From the NCBI GenBank assembly GCA_963744995.1, contig CAVUWA010000010.1:224001-288000 (forward strand): 64,000 nt of DNA, given 5' to 3'. The notes under the pieces were generated by a model. The model made no database searches and was not told the DNA's origin. It was given only the letters and a program-made list of their open reading frames with translations. Source of the stretch: Candidatus Eiseniibacteriota bacterium (lineage in GTDB: Bacteria > Eisenbacteria > RBG-16-71-46). The position numbers and the translations under genes were made by a program. Positions within the stretch are counted from its first letter, which is position 1, and each line of letters opens with the position of its first letter. Of the stretch, positions 54,017 through 64,000 are shown one piece after another.

Positions 54017-55666
54017 CTAGGGCAGCACGCGGTCGAGGCGCTCGCGCGCGAGATCGTGGCGCGGCCCCGGGGGCAGCGCGCCGAGCAGCTGGCGCAGCGC
54101 CTCACCGGCCTCTTCGCGGCGCGGCCCGGTCGGCTCGATCGTCCACGCGGCATAACGGGCATCGGCGCGATGTTCGAGCGCCATGGTCCGCGCTTCGCCC
54201 GGCAGCAACGCGGCGGCGACCGCGTTCCATGCTTCCGCGGCGGCATCGAAGCGCACCGCCGACCGCTCGCGCACCGCGTCGCCCATCACGCGCTGCGCGT
54301 CCTCCCAGCGCGTGCGCACGCTGTCCGGCAGATCGCGCGGAACGACCGCCGGATCGAGTCCCTCGAATGCGAACGCCGCGGGCGGCGGCGGGGGCGGCGG
54401 CGCCGGCGCACCCTGCGCGGGCGGCGGCAGCACTTCGACCGTGCGCAGGACGAGGCGCACGGGCGCCTCGGGATCGCCGAACGAAACGGTGCGCCGGAGC
54501 GGCGTGAAGCCGACCGCGAACACGGTGAGGTCGTAGTCGCCGGCGGGCAGGTCGAAGCAGAAACGGCCGTCGTCCGCGCTCGTCGCGGTGACCCCGCGAG
54601 CACCGACGACCACCTGTGCTTTCGCGACCGGCCGCCCCTTCGCATCCACCACGGCGCCGCAGGCGCCGCCCTGCTGCTCGAGCGACATCCGGCCGGCGCC
54701 GGCTGCTCCGCCCGGACTCAGCGATTTGGCCACGGCCGGTGGCGGCGCGAGCGCGTCGGTGCCGGCACGCGGCGCTTCCGCCCGGGGCTTCGATTCCTCC
54801 TGCTTCGCCTCGCCCTCCGCGGTGCCCGCGAGCGGCTGCGCACGCCGGTCGCGGCGGATGCGGATCGACTCGCCCGGGGCCGGCGCGGGGGGCGGCGGCG
54901 CCTCCCGGGCGAAGCCCGGCACGCCGCGCGGCGGGGCGACCGGAAGCGGCTCGCCGCCCGGGCCCTGCTTCATCTCGCGCACGCGGGCGGGCGCGGCCGG
55001 CCGCGACGTGGCTTCGTTGCCGCCCGCGGCGTCGGCATCGGGCGCAGGCAAAGGCCTCTGCCGGGCCGCCTGCGGTGCCGCCGCCTCGGGCGCCGTCGCG
55101 GAAGGCGCCGTCGCGGAAGGCGCTCCGGAAGCGCCGGGGGCCGCGGGCGCGGCCGGCGGCGCGTCGCTCTGCGCGCCGCGTTCGAGCAGCTTTGCATCGC
55201 GCAGCTCGGGGACGCCCGACTCGCGCGCAATCATCAGCACGACACCCGCGGCGACGATCACCGCCGCGACGCCCCCGACCCAGACGAGCCGCCTGGGCGT
55301 GCGGAACCAGCTGCCGATGTCGTACCACGGAGACGTTTCGCGCGCGGGCCGCGCGGGCGGCAGGGCGTCGGCGAGCGCATCGGGTTCGATCTCGCCGGCC
55401 GCTTCGTGCGCGGCGTCCGCCGCGGCCGCGGGCCGGCCGGCGGCGCCGATGCGTTCGGCGACGCGCGCGGCGAAGGTGGCGAAGTAGGCGTCGCCGGGAT
55501 CATGGAGGTGCGTCTCGGCGAACAGCACGTCGGCCGCGCGCAGCTCCTCGAGCGCCGTGCGGCACATCTCGCACGAGGCGACATGCGCCTCCAGGGCGGC
55601 GCGCTCGGTTGCGGGCAGCGCATCGTCCATGAGCGCGCTCAACTGTTCGACGGTCAGGTGGTTCAC
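54017..55666 (-). CDS. anti-sigma factor: zf-HC2, TM helix, Pro/Ala linker, carboxypeptidase-regulatory-like domain
   Basis: LSALMD...HVASCEMC; GAVVDAKGRPV..A.V...GRF...LPAGDY...GF. Confidence 0.8.
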   Translation of the reverse strand: MNHLTVEQLSALMDDALPATERAALEAHVASCEMCRTALEELRAADVLFAETHLHDPGDAYFATFAARVAERIGAAGRPAAAADAAHEAAGEIEPDALADALPPARPARETSPWYDIGSWFRTPRRLVWVGGVAAVIVAAGVVLMIARESGVPELRDAKLLERGAQSDAPPAAPAAPGASGAPSATAPSATAPEAAAPQAARQRPLPAPDADAAGGNEATSRPAAPARVREMKQGPGGEPLPVAPPRGVPGFAREAPPPPAPAPGESIRIRRDRRAQPLAGTAEGEAKQEESKPRAEAPRAGTDALAPPPAVAKSLSPGGAAGAGRMSLEQQGGACGAVVDAKGRPVAKAQVVVGARGVTATSADDGRFCFDLPAGDYDLTVFAVGFTPLRRTVSFGDPEAPVRLVLRTVEVLPPPAQGAPAPPPPPPPAAFAFEGLDPAVVPRDLPDSVRTRWEDAQRVMGDAVRERSAVRFDAAAEAWNAVAAALLPGEARTMALEHRADARYAAWTIEPTGPRREEAGEALRQLLGALPPGPRHDLARERLDRVLP

Positions 55667-56265
55667 GGTTCTTCCTTCGTGCGCGCCTCGAGGCGCGCCT
55701 TGAGCTCGGCCCGCGCGCGCGAAAGGCGCGACATCACGGTGCCGGACGCGATCTCGAGCGTGCGCGCGATTTCATCGTAGGACATGCCTTCCACGACGCG
55801 CAGCACGAGGATCGCGCGGTGGTCCTCGGACAGCTCCTCGAACGCTTCCGCCAGCCGGCCGGCGTGCTCCCGGTCCGCCGCATGGTCGGCCGGGTCGTCG
55901 TCCGCGCCCCACTGCATGCCGGCCTCGACCAGCGGCTCGATCGAGGTCTCGGGGCGCCGCTTGCGGCGGCGGAACAGGGAATACGCCAGGTTCGTCACGA
56001 TCCTCGCCAGCCACGGGTAGAGGGGCTCGCCCACGCGAAAGCGATCCAGCGCCTGCCAGGCGCGCACGAACGCCTCCTGCGCGAGGTCGTCCGCGTCCTC
56101 GTGCGACCGGGCGAGCCCGTAGGCCACGCGGTAGATCCGGCGCTGATAGCGCTCGACGATCGCGGTGAACGCGGCCTGATCGCCCGACCGGGCGGCGCTG
56201 ACCAGCGCGGCGTCGTCCCGCGCCTCTGCACTACGCCGCGCCTGGGGCTCCATTCCCTCTTTCAT
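55663..56265 (-). CDS. ECF sigma-70 factor
   Basis: GDQAAF, DADDLAQEAF, WLARI..N, SYDEIA and GTVMSRLSRAR motifs; start 56265 or 56253. Confidence 0.92.
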   Translation of the reverse strand: MKEGMEPQARRSAEARDDAALVSAARSGDQAAFTAIVERYQRRIYRVAYGLARSHEDADDLAQEAFVRAWQALDRFRVGEPLYPWLARIVTNLAYSLFRRRKRRPETSIEPLVEAGMQWGADDDPADHAADREHAGRLAEAFEELSEDHRAILVLRVVEGMSYDEIARTLEIASGTVMSRLSRARAELKARLEARTKEEP

Positions 56266-56273
56266 GGGCAAGA

Positions 56274-56302
56274 GCGCTACGCCCTCCGATCCGACGTGTC
56301 AA
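56274..56302 (-). promoter_or_regulatory. sigma70-type promoter TTGACA-N17-TAGCGC upstream of the ECF sigma
   Basis: Perfect -35 box with 17-bp spacing; weak -10 box. Confidence 0.45.
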
Positions 56303-56408
56303 CTGCAAGGGGCCGTTGGAATTGGAGCGTCGGCCCCGACCGTGGTGCAGGCTGCGGAGATGCCCGGCCCGCGCCGCCCGGGCGCCGCGGCCCCCCCGCC
56401 GCCCCCAC

Positions 56409-57125
56409 TCAGGCCGGCTGGCCGGCACCCTTCAGCGCCTGGTCGCGCTCCCTGCGGGCCGCTTCGAGCGCGGCCCGCGGGGCCGCCGCCTGCGTCACCG
56501 CCCGGCCGATCACCAGCAGCCCGGCGCCCGCGCGCACGGCTTCGGTCACCGTCGTCACCCGCTTCTGGTCGTTCGCCGCGCCGCCCGCCATGCGGATCCC
56601 GGGCGTCACCGCGTAGAACGGCTTCCCGTGCATCTGGCGGATCCACGGCAGCTCTTCGGCCGAGCACACGATCCCGTGCGCGCCCGCGCGCGTCGCCAGG
56701 CCGAGCAGCTCCGCGGCGACCGGCGCCACGTGCAGCGGCGACTTGAACCCGGGCGGCGTGTTGTAGGCGTTGAGGCTGGTGAGGATCGTCACCGCGACGA
56801 TCTTCGTGTCGCCGCCCGCCCGCGCGCCGGCGACCGCGGCGGCGATCATCTCGAGGCCCCCGGTCGCGTGCACCGTGAGCAGCTCGGCGCCGAGCCGCGC
56901 CGCCTGCTCGGCGGCGCCCTGCACGGTGTTCGGAATGTCGTGCAGCTTGAGGTCCAGGAACACCCGGCGCCCGCGCTCGCGCAGCGCGCGCACCGCGGCC
57001 GGACCTTCGGCGGTGAACAGCTGCAGCCCGATCTTGGCGTACTCCGGCCCCTCGCCCAGCGCTTCGTCGAGGGCGAGCGCGTCGTCGAGCTTCGGCACGT
57101 CGAAGGCGATCGCGATGTCGGTCAC
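56409..57125 (-). CDS. pyrF: orotidine-5'-phosphate decarboxylase
   Basis: KIG, FLDLKLHDIPNTV, VTPGIR, DQKR and VIGR motifs. Confidence 0.94.
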   Translation of the reverse strand: MTDIAIAFDVPKLDDALALDEALGEGPEYAKIGLQLFTAEGPAAVRALRERGRRVFLDLKLHDIPNTVQGAAEQAARLGAELLTVHATGGLEMIAAAVAGARAGGDTKIVAVTILTSLNAYNTPPGFKSPLHVAPVAAELLGLATRAGAHGIVCSAEELPWIRQMHGKPFYAVTPGIRMAGGAANDQKRVTTVTEAVRAGAGLLVIGRAVTQAAAPRAALEAARRERDQALKGAGQPA

Positions 57126-58288
57126 GTCGGCACTCCTTTCCGGCGCCCGCGCCGCGGCGCCCGTTCTGCGGTGTCGCCCGCCGTCTGTCCGTTGGACGGC
57201 ATGCCGACGGTGCCGGCGTTTCCGGCGCCGAGCACGCCGCGGAAATCCGCGAGCCGCACGATGCCGCGTGTGGCGAGCCAGGCCTTCATCTCTTCCAGCA
57301 CGTCGAGCGAAGCGCGCGGCCGGATGAACGACGCGGTCCCCACCTGCACCGCCGCGGCGCCGACCGCAATGTACTCCAGCGCGTCGCGGCCGCTCATGAT
57401 CCCACCCGAACCGATCACCGGAATCGAGACCGCCGCCGCGGTCTCGTGGCAGCGCGCGAGCGCGAGCGGCTTGATCGCGGGTCCCGATACCCCGCCGGTG
57501 AAGCGGCCGAGCTTCGAGCGCAGGTGCTCGAGGTCGAGCGCGAGCCCGACGAACGTGTTGACCGCCGTGACCGCGTCCGCGCCGCCCTGCTCGCAGGCGA
57601 TCGCCAGGTCGGGAACCGAGGTGACGTCGGGCGACAGCTTGGCGATGAGCGCGCGGCGCGTGAGGCGGCGGAGCCGCCCCATCGTGTCCTCGAGCCGCTT
57701 CGGCACGGCCCAGTAGCGCGCGCCGCCCGCGGCGACGTTCGGGCACGAGAAGTTGATCTCGAAGCCGCCGATGCCGCGCTCTTCGCCGAGCGCCTCGAGC
57801 AGCCGCTCGAGCTCCTCCGGCGTCTCGCCGCCCACCGAGGCGATCACCTGCGCGTCGAGCGCACGCAGCTTCGCGAGCTTCTCCTCGCGGAAGCGCTCGA
57901 GGCCCACGTTTTCGAGCCCGATCGAGTTGAGCATCCCGGCCGGCGTCTCGGCGACGCGGTTGGGCGCGTTGCCCGCGCGCGGCTCGAGCGTCACCGTCTT
58001 GGTGATCACCGCGCCGAGGCGGGTGAGGTCCACGACGTGCGCGTACTCGTCGCCGTAGCCGAAGGTGCCCGAAGCGGTGAGGATCGGATTGGCGAGCTCG
58101 AGCGGGCCGATCGCGACGCGCATGTCGGGCGCGGGCCCGGTGTGCGTGTGCGCGGGCGGCGGGCCCTCGTGCAGGCGCGGCGCGGTGGCGCGGCGCCGCG
58201 GCGCGGCGGCGCGCTTCGGCTTCGGCGCCGCGCGCTTCGTGCCGCGCACCGGCTGGCGGGACTTCGCCGCGGCCTTTCTGGCACTCAT
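57122..58288 (-). CDS. pyrD: dihydroorotate dehydrogenase B catalytic subunit with basic N-terminal extension
   Basis: ASGTFGYG, GMLNSIGLEN, EINFSCPN, KLSP and GGVSGPAIKP motifs. Confidence 0.93.
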   Translation of the reverse strand: MSARKAAAKSRQPVRGTKRAAPKPKRAAAPRRRATAPRLHEGPPPAHTHTGPAPDMRVAIGPLELANPILTASGTFGYGDEYAHVVDLTRLGAVITKTVTLEPRAGNAPNRVAETPAGMLNSIGLENVGLERFREEKLAKLRALDAQVIASVGGETPEELERLLEALGEERGIGGFEINFSCPNVAAGGARYWAVPKRLEDTMGRLRRLTRRALIAKLSPDVTSVPDLAIACEQGGADAVTAVNTFVGLALDLEHLRSKLGRFTGGVSGPAIKPLALARCHETAAAVSIPVIGSGGIMSGRDALEYIAVGAAAVQVGTASFIRPRASLDVLEEMKAWLATRGIVRLADFRGVLGAGNAGTVGMPSNGQTAGDTAERAPRRGRRKGVPT

Positions 58289-59166
58289 TCGACGCGTTCC
58301 CAGTCGAGCGCGTGCGCCTCGAATACCGGACCGTCGGTGCAGCACATGGCGAACTCGCGGTTGCCGTACAGCGACGGCGTGACGTCGGGGTCGAACGCCT
58401 CGCGTGCCGCGGCGCTGCGTGGCAGCGGGCAGCCGCGGCACACCCCGGTGCCGCACGCCATCACCGATTCCATCGCCAGATGCGCGCGCTCGCCGCGGCG
58501 CATCGCCCAGAGCGCGAGCGCCTTGAGCATCCCGTGCGGGCCGCAGGCGTGGTAGATGAGCGGGGCCTTCAGTTTCGGCACCAGCGTCTCGAGCAGCTGG
58601 ACCACGTCGGCCCGCATGCCGCGGCTGCCGTCGTCGGTGGCGAGGTGGAGCTTCCCGCCCATGCGCGCGAGCTGGCGGCGCGCGTCGGCGAGGCCGATCA
58701 GATAGTCCCGGCTGCGCGCGCCGAACACGAATACCGATTTGCGTCCGGCTTTCGCCAGCGTCGCCGCGGCGAACAGCAGCGGTGCGACGCCGCGCCCGCC
58801 CGCGACCAGCACCGGTGTGCCGGGCTCATCGAGCGGGAAGCCGTGGCCGAGCGGCCCCAGGAGGTCCACCTCGGCGCCCGCGGCGAGCCGCGCGAGCGCG
58901 ATCGTGCCCGTGCCGACCGGCGCGTAGAGAAACCCGATCGCGAGGCCGCGCGGATGCGCGCGCACGCCGGCCACGCTCATCGGCCTCGGCAGCAGCACCG
59001 CGCTCGACACCGGCGGCAGCAGCAGCTGCATGAACTGCCCGGCCGCGGGCGCCGGCGTTCCCTTCGGCACCGCGACGTCCAGCCAGCGATGCCCGGCGCC
59101 GTAGTCGCGCTGTCCGAGGATCGTGCCGCGGATCTGGGCCCAGGTGGCGGGGGCGGCCGTGGTCAT
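58285..59166 (-). CDS. pyrK: dihydroorotate dehydrogenase electron-transfer subunit
   Basis: GQF, RPMS, GPLGHGF, TDDGS, ACGP and MACGTGVCRGC...C.DGPVF motifs. Confidence 0.92.
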   Translation of the reverse strand: MTTAAPATWAQIRGTILGQRDYGAGHRWLDVAVPKGTPAPAAGQFMQLLLPPVSSAVLLPRPMSVAGVRAHPRGLAIGFLYAPVGTGTIALARLAAGAEVDLLGPLGHGFPLDEPGTPVLVAGGRGVAPLLFAAATLAKAGRKSVFVFGARSRDYLIGLADARRQLARMGGKLHLATDDGSRGMRADVVQLLETLVPKLKAPLIYHACGPHGMLKALALWAMRRGERAHLAMESVMACGTGVCRGCPLPRSAAAREAFDPDVTPSLYGNREFAMCCTDGPVFEAHALDWERVE

Positions 59167-61294
59167 CGCGGGTACGCGAACACTCTGCCCCGCCCGTCGC
59201 GTGCGGCGATGGCCCGCGCCCGCCGTTCCCGTTCCGCCTCGAGCGCCAGCTCGCGCGGGGTGCGCACGAAGCTCGCGCTCTGCAGCGTCACCCCGAGGAT
59301 CCGAAATGACCACAGGCGCGGGCGGGCGGCCCTCTCCATCATGGCCCCATCGCCGTCGGGCTCGTGGCCCGGCACGAACCCTGACGTCCCGCTCGTATCG
59401 GCCGGTGCCGTCGTGCTCGTGTCGGCCGGAGCCGGCGTCTGCGCCGTGGTATCGCCCGGTGCGGGCTGCGGCGCGGGGGCGGGAGTGCCCGCGGTGGTGT
59501 CGCGCGGGGCCGTGGCCGTCGACGGGCTCGACGTCGTGTCCGGCGCAGTCGGCCGGGCCGGGGCCGTGCTGTCGCTCACGCCGGGAGCCGGCGGCGGCGG
59601 GCCCGGCGCCGGCTGCATGAAGACGGCCGCCGAATCCTGCGCCGCGCCGCCCAGGAACGCGGGGCGCGGCCTTCCCGGCATCGAGTCCGGCGGGGCTCCG
59701 TGCGGCAGCGGCGGCAGCCCCGCCCGGCGCCTCAGCGAGTCGGCCATGGTCTCGCCGGGCGCGAGCGGACCGAGACGCGGCTCGCCGCCCGGGCCGAGCA
59801 CCGTGTCCACCGCCGCGGGCGCCTGCACCTCGGGTTCGGGCTCGGGCGCCACCGGCTCGGGCAGCTGGATCAGGTCCGCCGGCACCTGATGGCCCTCGGC
59901 CTCCAGGTAGTCGCGCGCGGCGAGCTGCGCTTCGGTCGCGGGGTGCTCGCGCACCACGAGCCAGAACAGCGAGTCGGCGGCGGCCCTGCGGTCGAGCTTG
60001 CGCGCCAGCACCCAGCCCTCGGCGAGCAGCGCCTTGGCGCCCGCCGGGGTGTCGGGGTACTGCCGGGCGATCTTGCGGTACTCGGCGAGCGCCCGTTCGG
60101 GTTTGTCGAGCTGGAACAGGTACTGCTCGGCGAGCACGAAGCCCGCGTCCGCGGCCTTGCCGGAGCTGTCCCCCGCTGCCGCGCGGAACTGCTCGAGGCG
60201 CGCCAGGTTCTGCGAGCGCTGCAGCGCCTGGATGCCGAAGCCGGTCGCCCCGGTCTGATCCTTGACCTTGTCGTACTCGACGCGCGCCTGATCGAAGTCG
60301 TCGCCGAGCGTCTCGTAGGCGTAGCCGATCCGGTACTGGGCCTCGGCGCCGAGCGGCGTCTTCGGGTAGTCCTCGACGATGCGCCGGTAGGACTCGATCG
60401 CCTTGTCCAGCCGGCCCGCCAGCAGGTGCACGGTGCCGATGCGCATGAGGAGCCGGCCGAAGCGGTCGAGCCCGGCGGTCTGCTGCTGCGGGGTCCGGAC
60501 CGAGCCCGAATCCGGCCGCACGGGTTCGATCTCGTAGCGCAGCGCATCCTCGAGCAGGGCGAGCTCGTTGTCGTAGTCGCGGGCCGCCTCGAGGCAGTCG
60601 GCCTCGCGCAGCAGGTAGTCGAGCCGCTCCGCGTCGGTGCGCGAACGCTCGCCCAGCGTGCGGAAGTCCGCCTGTGCGTCACCGTAATCGCCGTTCGCGA
60701 GCAGGGCCTCGGCGCGCTCGGTGTAGGCCTGATGCAGCAGTCCGCTCTTCGCATACTTCGCGATGATCACCGACGCCGCCCGCGCCGCCGCGGCCGGCCG
60801 GTCCAGCGACTTCAGCGTGCGGGCGCGCTCGAGCTGAGCGTAGGGCACGAGGTCGCTCTTCGGCGCGCGCACGAGAAACGTGTCGAGCGCGGCGAGCGCC
60901 TGCTCGTAGCGGCGCGCGTTGCGGTAGCCGACGCCGAGGTAGAACTCGGCCTCGTTGCGCAGCGGGCTGCCGGGAAAGCGCGCGTTGAAGTCTTCGAGCA
61001 TGTTCACCGTCTGCAGCGGGTCGTCGCGGCCGAGCAGGGCGCGCGCCCACAGCAGGTACGCGTCGTCCACCCACTTGGACTTCGGGTACTGCGACAGCAC
61101 CTTCTTGGAATAGTCGATCGAACGCCTGAATTCGTTCGAGGCCTGTCCCGTCGGCTTCTCGACGGGATACGGCAGCCCCGCCGTGCCGCGCTCGTAGTAC
61201 TTCTGCGCGAGGTAGAAGGTGTTGTAGTAGGCACACGACGAGAGCAGCACCGCGCCCGCCGCGAGCACCACCAGCACCGCCGGACCTCGTCGGG

Positions 61295-61298
<4 letters not shown>
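59163..61298 (-). CDS. TPR-repeat lipoprotein (possibly SprE/PorW-like) with Pro/Thr/Ala-rich tail
   Basis: GTG overlaps the carB stop; lipobox [12 protein letters not shown]; repeated YPxS/T...A TPR units. Confidence 0.8.

Positions 61299-64000
<2,702 letters not shown>

Noticed and set aside
55089..55123. 15-bp tandem repeat in the anti-sigma linker (APSAT x2)
   Set aside because: Ordinary slippage duplication in a low-complexity linker.

Overview
A very GC-rich bacterial window, most of it coding on the minus strand. A secreted protein with a 'FDIAGRRVA...SGLYFVRL' C-terminus and a 'CAYYNTFY' TPR lipoprotein suggest an FCB-related lineage such as Ca. Eisenbacteria (inference only). There are four blocks. 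(1) 1-14.8 kb: acyl-CoA catabolism, with three acyl-CoA dehydrogenases, Hbd, a thiolase, a split B12-dependent mutase carrying isobutyryl-CoA-mutase signature residues, and MeaB. (2) 16-21 kb: GT28, YraN, rnhB, rplS, trmD, rimM and khpA, with no rpsP. (3) 20.7-52.7 kb: a large surface-glycan locus (two initiating transferases, two flippases, two O-antigen ligase/polymerase-like proteins, Wza/Wzz, glycosyltransferases, methyltransferases, nucleotide-sugar enzymes), interrupted by a MocR cassette and an HNH endonuclease. (4) 52.8-64 kb: carB, a TPR lipoprotein, pyrK-pyrD-pyrF and an ECF sigma/anti-sigma pair. The most striking unexplained structure is a perfect 22-bp palindrome, AAATCCGTCCCGGGACGGATTT. 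It occurs twice in-frame inside the HNH gene and once as a solo intergenic copy 20 kb away, and the HNH gene is bracketed by degenerate inverted repeats. This is a candidate HNH-associated palindromic-repeat (REP-like) mobile system. Several frameshifts, including in the essential trmD, look like sequencing indels.
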